Assembly (NCBI RefSeq): GCF_006345805.1
Contig: NC_043011.1
Span: 32,252,464 to 32,316,463 of the forward strand
Source: Octopus sinensis
Lineage: Eukaryota
Length of the DNA stretch: 64,000 bases
Direction of reading: 5' to 3'
The translations under genes were made by a program, and so were the position numbers. Below are positions 38,331-53,328 of the stretch, in pieces; the first letter of the stretch is position 1; the number at the start of each line of letters is the position of its first letter. The notes under the pieces were generated by a model. It searched no databases. It saw nothing but the letters and a program-made list of their open reading frames with translations, and had not been told where the DNA came from.

Positions 38331-40033
38331 TTCCGGTTCGGGAGTTTTCAAAGGTCAGAAAAGGGGTGCGTATGATAAAGACCAACCTTCACATTTTAGG
38401 AAGAAATTATGTAGTTTCTGATAGAATTTCTCTTAGAGGTCCTGCTTTGGATTACATTATCCAGTAGGTCCTTTCTTTAAGGCAGTAGGGTCAATGAAAT
38501 TGAAAGTGGGAAATGTAGTTTTAGATTTGTAAAGGTTAAACAAAGAAAGAGGAGAAACAATTCACGGTACAATCAAGACGATCATCGCTGATATTAACAT
38601 CTTAGCTTCACTCTTATTTATACTGTAATTTTCGGTTGGCCCGAATTTAGCGCAGCGGCAGTGCTGTTTAAAAAGACCTGGATATCAAGATACGGACGAC
38701 CTTCCTGGATCTGGGTAGTAAACTGTTGATGCTGGATTGTACAGCAGTGAAAACGGTGCCTTCAAACTGGTGAACGATCATTCCCCGATTTGGTGAGAGC
38801 GGACAGACTTCTTCAGGCATCTGAAGACGTTGCTGGGAACATCCTGATGCCATTTAGTGCAAATAGGCGACTAGAACGGCATCTTGAACGCACACTGGGA
38901 CTATACGAGAGTTACCGATTCGGTAACGGTGGGGAGAGTTAAAGCCTCGCAAACCTTTTCAAGAAACCCGTTGGAAATCTTGTCGGTATCGACTGGATTT
39001 CCCGAATGTGGACTTGGATAAACGCATGATAATTAACTATGTAGCACATTAATGAGAAGAAGAGAATATATAATTAGTTGAAATGGACCTTTATTTTCAT
39101 TGTTACAAAGTAAGATACTTCTTCTTCGAGGTGTTGTTATACAATGATAATTTGCCGTTCTCTTATCCAGTCTGTAGATTGTTAAATTCATCTTTTGTTG
39201 ACTGATGGAAAAAGGAGAGCGAAAAAGAGTAAGAAAGTCTTGGCAAGTAGGATGTTTATAGTTTCAGCCGGTTGTAAAAACAGACAAGTTTGGTAGGTCT
39301 AAAAGATAGTGGCGCGGTTATCGGAAGCTGAAGCTATTTGTGCACAAAATCTATTGCCATCGGATCAGTGAAGTTTACACAAGCGATTCTGAATAGCAAC
39401 TGGTGTATCTGTCTGAAGAAAGTCAGAAGAGAATCGACGGGGTATAGAAAAGAAGTAGCAATAAAAAATAATAGATTAGCGGGGTAATAGTTTATGGGGC
39501 AAGAATCATTCAAGACTGACACAAGTGATAGGAGCTCAGCGTGTCAAGAAAATTATAATTAGGATTTTGTTGGACCACCTTAGGTGCGTACAATTTGAAT
39601 CCAAGAAGATGAGTACAGGTTTTCCAGTAGCACCTTACTGCTAACTGTGATGGACACAGGACATTTATTTTGTCATGCGATATTACAGTTTTCATCCAAT
39701 CGGTTTTGAGCATCAGGTATTTAGAAGGATGATGGGCGCAAGCATTTTTGTACTAGCCTGTCAATGAGGTCAGTGATATGTCAACCCTTGTAATCTATAA
39801 AACAGACGTGAGCAAACTGCAGCCCGTAAGAATTACTAAACGGCACAACTAACGAAAAATAAACTTGAACTTTTTTAGTAGTGCGGCCTACCTGGTGCTG
39901 AGCCCTGTTTCATGCGGCCCGCTTCTCCACAAACGCTGTTCATGCTTGCTACAGAGGTAAGGGTGACAACATTCTCATGGCGATAGTGGGCGATGACAAA
40001 GATCAAATGACCGGTCTATTCCGAATGAGTTCT

Positions 40034-40133
40034 NNNNNNNNNNNNNNNNNNNNNNNNNNNNNNNNNNNNNNNNNNNNNNNNNNNNNNNNNNNNNNNNNNN
40101 NNNNNNNNNNNNNNNNNNNNNNNNNNNNNNNNN
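40034..40133. other. Assembly gap (100 N)
   Basis: Run of N. Confidence 1.
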
Positions 40134-41456
40134 GTGCCAAAATTTGAAACCTCCATTGTAACCTTTTGATATTCATGTTCTTTCTGTCGCTCGTTTGCTG
40201 ATATAAATAGATGAGAAAATCAGATTATTGGTGTTGTACGGAGGAAAATCTTGAAGGACGTTTATTGTCGCTATCACCGACAGATTACCTGGCTGAAAAT
40301 CTGTTGATATCAATGCTGTTTTTTGATAATTGTAATATAAAATTTAAGAAATATAAATAGATAATACCTTATGATAAATCTGAGGTCACACAGAATATCA
40401 GTTAACAATGCAAGGTGAGATACGGTGACAGAATACCAAGCGACGATAGATATCACCAACAACTTGCTGACGGACTGGGTTACACGTTGACTGATAATAA
40501 AACAAAATAAACAGTAGGAAAAAACTGAAAAGAAATGAAAAATAACAACAAAACAATGTCTCACGAAGACATGTTATGACATGTTAGTACCAGGCTTAAA
40601 AAATAAGTACTAGGGTCGTTTTGTTTAATGCGATATCCCCAAGCCCGTTGCCAGACTTTGGTGCCTGGGAGTGCTTCAGAATATTACAAATTGTGTCATA
40701 CAGAGAAAGACGATAAATGTCGTGTAATATTGCTTCAAATTTTGGCACAAGGCCAGCAATTTTGGGGGGACGGGAATAAATCGATTACATCGATCTCAGT
40801 GTTCAACAGGTACTTTATTTTTATCGACCCCGAAATGATAAAACACAAAAATCGATTCCGGCGGAATTTGATCTGAGAACGTGAAGACGGACGAAATGCC
40901 GCTAAGCATTTTGTACGACGCGCTAACGATTCCGCCAGCTCGCCGCCTTCAGTCACTTCGCCATATAAACGACAGGGTGACATTTGTCACTGATAAAATG
41001 ATAGACAATGATAGTGATGATGATATTCTTTGAGAGGTTCCTCCCTTGTTCTACTTTCTTATTAGTTGTCTCAGGCATTGGACTGCTGCCCTGTTTAGGG
41101 CAGCCTTACCCGTCGCTAAGTGGGGTGCACTGGATGGCACTGCACCCCACTCACAATTCGATGGTGCACCTTCAAATTTAGAAATTACAGTTTACTAAAA
41201 TCTTCTCACAGTACAAATGCCCACCCAGAATATTCTGAAGCACTCCCAGGCACCAAAGTCTGGCAACGGGCTTGGGGGTATCGCATTAAACAAAACGACC
41301 CCAGTACTTATTTTTTAAGCCTGGTAATTCTATCAGTTCGCTAAGTTACGGGGACATAAACACACCAACACCGGTTGTAAAGTGGTGATGGTGGGGACAA
41401 CCACAAACACATACATAGCTATATATACATACATATATATATATATTATATATATA

Positions 41457-41820
41457 TACTAGCAGTATCGCCCGGGTTTGTTCGACCCTTTAGAATTGGA
41501 ATTCTTGAAAAGTAAAAATTTTGCATTTTGTAGCTTGTTATTCTCTTTAAGTGAACATTTTTCTGGTTGAAATACACCGAAAAATGGCGACACAGCAGTA
41601 AAAAAATCGTAAAAAATTGGATTTTCATAAAAAAAAGCACCTTTTTGATGTAAATAATTTTTTGGTGTTACATGGTCCGATTTGAATTTTTTCTTCTACG
41701 GAAGGAAGAGCAAGCGTTCTTCTATCATACTCTCAATTTTAGTCAACTTGCACCGCAGGGTCTCAGAGGAGATAGTGTTAGCTGAAGGCTACCAAACCTG
41801 CCATACACAGACAACTTCAG

Positions 41821-41860
<40 letters not shown>
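41457..41860 (+). mobile_element. Helitron/Helentron-type non-autonomous element
   Basis: Starts TACTAGCAG..CCCGGG and ends CAGACAACTTCAGCTTTATATAT. A related-type piece lies at about 21985-22205. Confidence 0.45.
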
Positions 41861-41865
<5 letters not shown>

Positions 41866-42313
41866 GGTCCCGGGTTGAGTCGGGGTTAACCACAGTAAAT
41901 AAGGTACTCAATACATTGCAGAGTAAAGTAATTTATTTTATAGAAGGAGCTTTTACAAGACTAGAACTGTTTCATTCAGATGAAATATATATATGGGCTT
42001 TATATATATATATAGATGATGATGATGATGATGATGATTCATTACTTTATATTAATTGTTTTTGCTAATCAATACCTTGCTAATCAATTACAAGCATTTG
42101 GAGGTATACAATATTCTTAGACTTTTTTCTAAAAGTTTACAAAATATTAAGGAAGATCACATGGTTTATGAAGTTTTCCTTGAAAACATGTATCCCTATG
42201 TATTTACTGTGTACCTCTGTGTGCCCCTATGTAAAATTTCAGTCACCTTGATGAAAAACAATGGTCTAAAATTCAGAACTTACACACATACATAACATAT
42301 ATACTTGCACACC

Positions 42314-42344
<31 letters not shown>

Positions 42345-42703
42345 GTATACCATTTCTCCGTTTTTTTTTCCCCGTCCTTGTTTTTGTATACATTCGCTGC
42401 TTTCTTCCAAGAAATCTAATGCTCTTAGCTTAATTCTCCTTGGGCGTGGCCAGATTGGAGCAATCTCGAGTATAACCAGCAGAAATTGCAAAGATAATCT
42501 GGAACTCGACTGAGGAAAGAAAACTTCGAATGACCCATCTGTACTTTTTCTTGTCCCTCTTTTGTATCATCTATCTGGATGTTTTGTTGTCCCTTTTTTG
42601 TATCATCTAACTATCTGGATGTTTTGCATTCTTGTCCCATTTTTTGTTTCCCTTTTTATATACATATGGCAGTGTATGTACACTTTGGTCTCTTGCATAT
42701 ATG

Positions 42704-42723
<20 letters not shown>

Positions 42724-42737
<14 letters not shown>

Positions 42738-43414
42738 AGGGAACCTGTGGAAGAGGTAGACCCTGGAAGACCTGGGATGAGGTGGTTAAGCATGATCTTC
42801 GAAAATTGGGCCTCACTGAGGCAATGACTAGTGACAGGGACCTTTGGAAATATGCTGTGCTTGAAAAGACTCGACAAGCCAAGTGAGACCATAGCCTCGT
42901 AGCCTATGCCAGGGGTGTAACCAGCCCACTTATGTGTACCTTTCCTTCACTGGACACTAAACTCTGCTTGCGAAGACCTGTTGAAGCAAGGGAAATTGAA
43001 ATTGAAATCGAAATCGAAATCAAATTTGATGACTGGCATCCATGCTAGTGGAGCGCTAAGCGCACCATTTGAGCATGATCGTTGCCAGAGCAACAAGATG
43101 GCTTCCATGCCGGTGGCATGTAAAAAGCACCATTCGAGTGTGATCATTACCTGCATCGCCTTACCAGCATTTGTGCTGGTGGCATGTGAAAAAACATTTG
43201 AGTGAGGTCGTTGCCAGTGCTGCTGGACTAGCTCCTGTGCAGGTGGCACATAAATGCACCTACTACACTCTCAGAATGGTTGGCATTAGGAAGGGCATCT
43301 AGCTGTAGAAACTCTGCCCGATCAGATTGGAGCCTGATGCAGCCATCTGGTTCACCAGACCTCAGTCAAATTGTCCAACCCATGCTAGCATGGAAAGCGG
43401 ACATTAAACGACGA

Positions 43415-43417
<3 letters not shown>
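42724..43417 (+). mobile_element. 5'-truncated RTE LINE (ORF end + complete 3'UTR)
   Basis: Start matches 63655-63805 of the long RTE and continues through the GGTGGCACGTAAAAGCACC repeats to the ...GCGGACATTAAACGACGATGAT tail. Confidence 0.9.
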
Positions 43418-43456
<39 letters not shown>

Positions 43457-44049
43457 TATATATATAGTTAATCAAATATATCCTTTGAGAATACATTCTA
43501 CTGGATTTCAGATAAGTTCTGTTGATATGAGAAATGTTTAAAAGCTTAAAGGTGTTTAGAGATTCATTTAGAGCAATTATATACTAGAGAGTAACAGCAG
43601 GTAGAATTACATCATAAAAATCACAGCAGAGATACATTCATTATATCAACAATATTGAATCAATAAATAAATATATAAAGTATTCTTTTATTCTCTTATA
43701 CTTTTATATGTTTCAGTCCAATGACTGTGGCCATGCTGGAGCACCGCCATTGATTATTTATGTATATATATATATGTTCGACGTCTTTTTGGTGTCCTGT
43801 ACACATATATGCGTGTATATGTACATGTAGAGGTAGGTACGTACATATATGTTTATATATACGCATATGTTCTATTTTATTAACATATATATATATATAT
43901 ATATATATAGGTTATAAAATGAGATAGGGGTTGAAAAATTCAACCACCATGGGACAACATATATCAATATACTGCTTTCTCCATTTTCTAATTTTGTAGT
44001 ATATATATATATATATATATATAATATATTATATACACAATATATATAT

Positions 44050-44102
<53 letters not shown>

Positions 44103-44399
44103 TATTTTAAAAGATTTGAGAGATTTTATGATATTAAATAGCATCTCTATCATTCGATTTACTACATGAAATTCATCCTTTTCTCTGATGAATGGATATA
44201 TTTCGAAATAATGGTTATCACCTTTGGATTTCATTTCGAAAGGTAGTATATTTCTGAAACAATCATTGGATCTCTCAAATCTTTTTAAATAATCATAATT
44301 ATACTTTATATATATATTTATTAATACAATATCGTTTATATTATGGATATATCTCTACTGTGATCTTTATGATGTAATTTTTCCTACTTTTACTCTCTA

Positions 44400-44647
44400 A
44401 TACATACATACATACATACATACATACATACATACATACATACATACATACATACATACATGCAAGCATACATACATACATACATACATACATACATACA
44501 TACATACATGCAAGCATACATACATACATACATACATACATACATACATACATACATACATACATGCAAGCATACATACATACATACATACATACATACA
44601 TACATACATACATACATACATACAAACATAATATATATATACATACA

Positions 44648-44680
<33 letters not shown>
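44400..44680. repeat. (CATA)n array
   Basis: Direct reading. Confidence 0.95.
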
Positions 44681-44683
<3 letters not shown>

Positions 44684-45248
44684 TATATATACATAAATAT
44701 CTACATATATGCAAGGGGGTGCTGAAATGTTACTGGCTTTGGGTAAAAGAAAATACAGGTGAATTAATTATGATTTTATCCGACATATTCCCCTCTCATA
44801 TTCTCACACTTATTGCAGTGGTCCTTCAATTTTCTGAGCCCTTTAAAAGAACTCAGAAGGTTGGGCCTCCAACCAGGCCTTTTGTGATATCCTTACAGCC
44901 AAGAACTTTTAGCACTACCCCCATACATTCATACATATATACATATATACATATTCACATTCACACGCACGTATATATGTACATACACACACACATACAT
45001 GCACACACACACATACCTTCATGCCAACACTTAGCCAGGGTGGTCTCGACAGTAGAGAAAGGTAGAGTTAGACATCCTCTTCACTCACTTGTCCTCCATG
45101 TATATATAATTATTCAAATATTTAGGTTAATTTTGAAATTCTTTGCAAACTAGGCAGCTAATCGTCAATCCATTTTAATATTTTCAAAATCTTTGGATGA
45201 AATCCAGGTTACATGCATACACACACACACACATGCACGCCTGCCTGC

Positions 45249-45283
<35 letters not shown>

Positions 45284-45478
45284 TATAAACATGTTAGATA
45301 CTTGCATACATTTATACATATGTAACATTCATACATACCTTCATTTAGATACATACATATTCATACATACATATATATATATATACACATGTATGTATGT
45401 ATGTTTTGTTTTATGTATGTTTTCTTACGCATATACTTGCATATCTAGATATTGTCATATTTACTTAAATGATGAACT

Positions 45479-45557
<79 letters not shown>

Positions 45558-45637
45558 ACTTAAATGATATGTATGTATGTACGTATGTATGTATGTATGT
45601 ATGTATGTATGTATGTATGTATGTATGTATGTATGTA

Positions 45638-46519
45638 CAGGGTGTTTGGGCTAAATTTAAGGAATTTTTTATGTCACCTTTTTTCAAGAACAACTTGATG
45701 TATTGTGAACCATCAACTACATTGGAGAGCAGAAAGATTAGAGCTGTAGTTGAGAAAAAGTTAGCTGACACGGAGGATCGGAAGCCATCTGAATATTGGA
45801 AAAGAGTTGCCTGTATCATGGTGATTCATGCCACAGGTATCAAAATGCCAACATCATGACTGCTGCACAATGCACTGTGAACAGAATAAAGGCTATAAGA
45901 CATGACATAGATATCATGAAAATCAAGTCCCCCCAAACTGTGATGTCTTTGGGTGTGTCTCCAGTCAGGGTGACACCATGCTTCTACACATCTCTGAGCA
46001 GGGCTTAGGCTCAATTCAGATGACTCTGTCAAACTCTAGATGGAGAGGGTTGCTGCTGCTGGAATGCCATATGTGTAGCAGCAGGATTCGGTTCCTCGCC
46101 ATAGCTCCATAAAAAGTCAAAAGTGATTGTTGCAAATTTTCTATGACTTCACCAGCTCCAATTTCTGGTCATTTAATCCCCCAGATTGTACTCTCATGGA
46201 TTACTAAGTGTGGGGCATGGTTGAGAAGGACACCAGCTGCTCTGCTTGCAACACAAAGGCTGAGCTGGCAGCCTAGATCAAGGAGGTGACCTAAGAGATT
46301 CCCAGGCACACTATGAGAAATACATACACGAGGCCCTGGAGCCATCTTCAGGCAATGGTGGAAGCTGATGGTGGCTACATTGGGAAAACTGTTATCTCCT
46401 AGCCGTAAATTAGTTGATAATTTTTGATCTTTTAAAATTCTGATTTTTCTAATTTTGGATGGGATGTAATGTTTTGTTTTCTTTTTCTGCACAATGTCAA
46501 ATTTAGCCAGAACAACTTG
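45638..46519 (+). mobile_element. Internally deleted Tc1/mariner (DD37D-like) element
   Basis: TA-CAGGGTGTTTGGGCTAAATTT ... AAATTTAGCCAGAACAACTTG-TA; decayed QQDSxP and WxxxxPDCxLMDYxVW motifs. Confidence 0.75.
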
Positions 46520-47304
46520 TATATATATGTATATATATGTATATATCACCACCACCACCAAGTGTCTTCTACTATAGCTCAGGCCAACCAAAGACTTGTG
46601 AGTGAATTTAGTTGACAGAAATTGAAAGAAGCCTGTTGTATATATATATATATACATATATGTATGTGTGTGTATATGTTTGTGTGTCTGTGTTTATCTC
46701 CCCAACATCACTTGACAACCGATGCAGGTGTGTTTACATCCCTGTAACTTAGCGGTTCGGCAAAAGAGACCGATAGAATAAGAACTAGGCTTACAAAGAA
46801 TAAGTCCTGGGGTCGATTTGCTTGATTAAAGGTGGTGCTCCAGCATGGTGACAGTCAAATGACTGAAACAAGTAAAAGAGTAAAAGAGTAATTAACTGAT
46901 CCTCTTGTATTTCCTTTTACCCAAAGCTAGGAACCTTTTAGCACCCCCCTCATACAATCATTTTGAAATTGAAAAAATAAATAAAAAGAAATTAAAAACT
47001 GGAAACACTCCTAGATTGAATCATTTTGGTATTTTGGATAAATGATAAAATGAAATCCTGCAACTATGTACTTGTCTGAAAATGTATTTTGCTGCAGTAT
47101 ACTTTTACATTTTAAATGTAAAACAAAACCTCATCAGGCTGGTCAGTAAATGACACACAGTTAAACTCTCAAAGTCACTTCAAATGCTCTCCTATGACCA
47201 CACATTCCTGAATGGCACTTCAAAGGTTAGGTTTCCACTTTAGATCCACAATATGCTTCAACTTTGATCACAAAGCTGAAGTACAATCCACATAGAAGTA
47301 CTGG

Positions 47305-47475
47305 CACACTGTATTGCTGTGGTAAGAAGCTTGCTTCCCAACCACATGGTTCCAGGTTCAGTCCCACTGCATGGCACAGTGGCCAAGTGTCCTCTACTAT
47401 CGCCTCAAGCCAACCAAAACCTTGTGAGTGGATCTGGTAGACGGAAACTGAAAAGACACCTATCATATATATATA

Positions 47476-47522
<47 letters not shown>

Positions 47523-47740
47523 TTATGTGTGTGTGTCTCTGTGTCTGCGTTTGTCCCTCCAACCATTGCTTGACAACCGATGTTGGTGTATTTACGTGTC
47601 CATAAATTAGCAGTTTGGCAAAAGTGACCAATAGAATAAGTTCTGGGCTTACAAAGAATAAGTCCTGGGGTTGATTTCTTTGACTAATAGGCAGTGCTCC
47701 AGCATGGCCACAGTCAAATGACTGAAACATGTAAAGGAAT
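47305..47740 (+). mobile_element. SINE family A
   Basis: Match to the family A consensus with CpG decay. Confidence 0.8.
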
Positions 47741-48409
47741 AAAATAATATGTCAAATAAACACGTGAGTAAAGGATAGGATTACTCATTTTTGCCAGCTG
47801 AGTGTTTTGCCTTAAGAACACAATACCTCGTCCAGTCCGGGAATTGAAACTGCAATCTTACGATCATGCAGCCAACATCCTAACCACTAAACCACATGCC
47901 TCCATCCACAAGTGGGAATAAATAGTTATAAATATACAAAAGGTGGAATGCGCAAGGCAGGAATTCTTTTGATGTTTTTCCTCAATGTTAATCCTACCTC
48001 AAATGACTGGTTTATCCCTTAACCACAGGCATCTCTTTAATAATGCAGTTTATTATAGGGAAAAGAAGAAATATTGATCAGATAAACTTTAAATAAAGAG
48101 CAGTGTGTAAATCCTTTTTTTTCTTTTTAAATTAGGAAAAGAATTTACATATGAGTAGTTTTTTTTTTAATGTTTCCATTTTTTTCCCCTGTTTCCATTT
48201 TTGAAACTTAAAACAGGTAAATCTAGAATATTCAAAAGAAGAAATATTCAAAGGAAACAAAAATCAATAAAGAAAAATATTTGAAGCTTTATTTTTATTT
48301 ACTTGTAAACTAAATTTTCAATTTATGTTCATATTTTATTTTCAGTTAAAAAGAAAAAGAAATTTTTTTTCTTTTTTTCAATTTGAATCTCCCAACCAAC
48401 CACCCCACC

Positions 48410-48683
48410 ACACCACCACCACCACCTGGACCACACCACCCTACCACCACTTTCACCTGACTACCCACTACCATACACACTTACTACCACACCACCACCA
48501 CTACCACTACTACTACTACTAACTATTACTACTACTACCACCTACTACCATCACTACTACCAGCACCACCCCAAAACCTCCATCACCACTACCACCGACC
48601 ACCACACCACCACCACCACCACCGCACCAACCACCACCACCACCACTACAACCACCACCACCAACAACAACACCACCACCACC

Positions 48684-48714
<31 letters not shown>

Positions 48715-49300
48715 TTACTACTACCACCACTACCATCACTACTACCAGCACCACCACCAAAACCTCCATCACCACTACCACCACCACAACTACCACCACC
48801 AACACCGCCACCGCCACCACCACCACTACAACCACCACCACCAACAACAACACCACCACCACCACCACTACTACTACTACTACTACTCTACTACAACGCT
48901 AACACCACCATCACTACCACCACAACCATCACTACTACCACCACCACCACAACCACCACCAAAACCTCCATCACCACTACCACCATACCACCGACCACTA
49001 CAACCACTACTACCACTACCACCACCACCACTACTAATACTACTACTACACTACCCCCACCACCACCACCACCACCACCACCACCACCACCACCACCACC
49101 ACTACTACTACCACCACCATCACTATCACCACCACCACCACCATCACGACCAAAACCTCCATCACCACTACCACCACCACCACTGCCACCACCACCACCA
49201 CCGCTGCCACAACCACCACTACCACCACCACCACCACTACTACACTACTACTACTACCACCACCACCACCACCAACAACAACAAAACCACCACCACCATT
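48410..49300. repeat. (ACC/ACT)n compound trinucleotide array
   Basis: Direct reading; source of the poly-Val ORFs. Confidence 0.95.
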
Positions 49301-50084
49301 AATTTCAAATTAATGTAAACTTCATATTTAAAAATAAATGTTTAATTTCGAATAAATAACTAAGAAAGTGAAAACAACAACCAGATTCAAAATCTTCCAT
49401 TTTCCACATAAAACTGATGGACAACTTATTTCACACACACACACATGCATACACTAATACCCACATACACTGATACACACACACTCACACACACATACAC
49501 AAATGTATACACATGTATACACGGACACATACACTCCTGCTCACATATAGAAACACATACACACATATATGCACTCACACACACATACACACACATGTAC
49601 ACACATATAGACACACATGCAACATAGACACATATCCACACAAGTTCACGCATACACATACACACACACATCACAGACATGCACATACACACATGCACCG
49701 CCCCCCCCCACTACATACATTAGCATTGTATTAGTTTGTCAAACGTTAATATTAAGTTATTACTAGTATTCTTAACTATAATAATTTGTATTTTCATTGC
49801 TGATTACAAGTAAAAATCTCAGTTGTTCCACTGAGATTAAATAACTTATCATTCTTATTATTTTTGATAAAAATACAATGCCGGATGACAAGAAAAAAAA
49901 CATAAAATGTAAAACAAAAAACCTCTCAAAAATTCATTAGCTATGATTTGTCATCATATACACATAGATATGCATGCATATGCTTGCATACATGTACATA
50001 TATACACACCCACATACATATATATACACACACACACACATATATACACAGACATACATATATATATACACGCACATATTTATA

Positions 50085-51075
50085 TATATACATACACACA
50101 TATATATATAGGTATATATACATATACATAGACATATATATACATACACACATATATATATAGGTATATATACATACATAGACATATATTATACATAACA
50201 CATATAATATAGGTATATATACATATACATAGACTATATATACACACACACATATATATATAGGTATATATACATATACATAGACATATATATACATACA
50301 CACATATATATATAGGTAATATACATATACATAGACATATATATACATACACACATATATATATAGGTATATATACATATACATAGACATATATATACAC
50401 ACACCATATATATATAGGTATATATACATATACATAGACATATATATACATACCACATATATATATAGGTATATATACATATACATAGACATATATATAC
50501 ATACACACATATATATATAGGTATATATCATATACATAGACATATATATACACACACACATATATATATAGGTATATATACATATACATAGACATATATA
50601 TACATACACACATATATATATAGGTATATATACATATACATAGACATATATATACATACACACATATATATATAGGTATATATACATATACATAGACATA
50701 TATATACATACACATATATATATAGGTATATATACAATACATAGACATCTATATACATACACACATATATATATAGGTATATATACATATACATAGACAT
50801 ATATATACATACACACATATATATATAGGTATATATACATATACATAGACATATATATACACACACACATATATATATAGGTATATATACATATACATAG
50901 ACATATATATACATACACACATATATATATAGGTATATATACATATACATAGACATATATATACACACACACATATATATATAGGTATATATACATATAC
51001 ATAGACATATATATACACACACACATATATATATAGGTATATATACATATACATAGACATATATATACACACACA
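50085..51075. repeat. ~52-bp minisatellite built from TA/CA dinucleotides
   Basis: The TAGGTA marker recurs at a 52-bp spacing (e.g. 50621 and 50673); about 19 units. Confidence 0.85.
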
Positions 51076-52039
51076 CATATATATATACATATATATATTC
51101 ACAAGTATATATATATACACACACATACACACACACACATATATATACATATAGACATACATATGCTTGCATAAATGCACACATGGTTATATACTTGCAC
51201 ACATACACACACAGATACAGACACATATATGCACATATACATGTGCTCACACACATGCACACAGACAAGCATGTACACACATATGCAAAGACACATATAT
51301 ACAGAGACGCACACACATGGAAACACATACACATACACACACAAGCACATACATATGCACACACATACACTCAAGCACATACACACACAAACATGTGTAT
51401 ACATATGCACATACACACAAGCATGCATATACACATGCACACACACGAGCATGTGCATACATATGCACACACATACAAGCACATATGTACACATGCACAC
51501 ACAAACACATACATACACATGCACACACACAAGCATGTACACATGCACACACACACACAAGCACGTACATACATCTGTACACACAAGTACATATATATAC
51601 AAGCACACACACATACAAGCATGTACATACACCTTCACACACAGGTACATACTTACACAGGCACACACAAGCACATACATACACAGGCACACACACACAC
51701 AAACACATACATATGCACATGCACACACACACACACAAGCACACGTACTCATACATACATACATAGATACATATGCACAGACATGCATAGACACAAAACA
51801 ACATATGCACATTACGCATACAGACACAGACATGCACACACATGCACACATACAAACACACACATTACACATGCATACTTACAGAGAAACAAACATACAC
51901 AGACATATAATGAAATGTCATTTTTCTGGTTTGAAATGAAATTTTCAAAAATTTATTTTTAAAAAAGGAAAAAAAAAGAAAGAAAAAGACACAAAAAAAA
52001 CTAAGCAATAACAAGAATGAGTTGACTAACGAATACATA

Positions 52040-52041
52040 AC

Positions 52042-52133
<92 letters not shown>

Positions 52134-52147
52134 TGATAATAATAATG

Positions 52148-52203
<56 letters not shown>

Positions 52204-52210
52204 AATAATG

Positions 52211-52262
<52 letters not shown>

Positions 52263-52273
52263 TAATAATAATG

Positions 52274-52322
<49 letters not shown>

Positions 52323-52333
52323 TAATAATAATG

Positions 52334-52369
<36 letters not shown>

Positions 52370-52390
52370 TAATAATAATAATAATATAAT
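52040..52390. repeat. (AAT/GAT)n array
   Basis: Direct reading. Confidence 0.95.
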
Positions 52391-52724
52391 ACGGGGAGCA
52401 TCATAGCCATGTGTTGAGAGGGATTCTTTGGGTTTGAATAATTCACCTCTGGAAACATGGGTGGTTCTTTCAACATCCTTAAACAACCTTATTCAGGGAC
52501 CTTTTGAGCGGGATGGGCTATTCAACCTGAAGAAAATTCTAACTGGGCCCCACCTGCAAGGTCATGTGCTGTTTATCTTGATATGAGATCACCATGTCAC
52601 GCACATATGGTTGTGATGCGTGTGCCTGGTGTGCCCTTATCAGACGGGTAGTCATGATGGGTATATTGGGCTTCGTATATTTTACCCCAGTGTCACTTTG
52701 ATGGCATGCACTGCTATCTCACTC
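52391..52724 (+). mobile_element. Retroelement 3'-end-like insert within an (AAT)n array
   Basis: 334-bp non-repetitive block bounded by (AAT)n on both sides. Confidence 0.45.
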
Positions 52725-52754
<30 letters not shown>

Positions 52755-52757
<3 letters not shown>

Positions 52758-53165
52758 CTTTTACTCTTTATTTGTGTCAGTCATTAGACTGCGACCATGC
52801 TGTGCCTTGAAGAATTTCTTATTTGAATGAATTGACCCCCAGCACTTTTCTTTTCATGCCTGATACTTACTCCATTGATCTCTTTTTGCCAAACTGCTAA
52901 GTTACAGGGGTGTGAATAAACTGATGCCAGTTGTCAAGCAGAGGTGTGGGACAAACAAACACAAGCAGATACACTCATACATATACGACGGGCTTCTTTC
53001 AGTTTCTGCCTACCAAGTCCACTTACAAGGCTTTGGTCAGCCCAAAGCCATAGCAGAAGACACTTGTCCAAGATGCCATGCAGTGAGATTGAACCCAAAA
53101 CTACATGGTTACAAAGTGGAACCATGGTTGGGAAGCAATCTTCTTACCACACAACCATGCCAGCA
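52755..53165 (-). mobile_element. SINE family A
   Basis: Match to the family A consensus. Confidence 0.75.
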
Positions 53166-53225
53166 CCTGTCTACCTATCTATCTGTCTGTCTGCCTCTCT
53201 ATCTATCTATCTGTCTGTCTGCCTC

Positions 53226-53292
<67 letters not shown>

Positions 53293-53328
53293 GCCTGCCT
53301 ACCTGCCTGCCTACCTACCTACTTACCT

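Noticed and set aside
38620-39000. Possible MULE transposase fragment
   Set aside because: Only a vague DG-F-K-like resemblance with stops in all frames.
48557-52486. Long ORFs (up to 377 aa) rich in Y/I/V/C/M/H/T; also 6577-7567, 29280-30492, 34744-35472, 44341-44714
   Set aside because: Translations of di-, tri- and tetranucleotide repeats that lack stops by composition.
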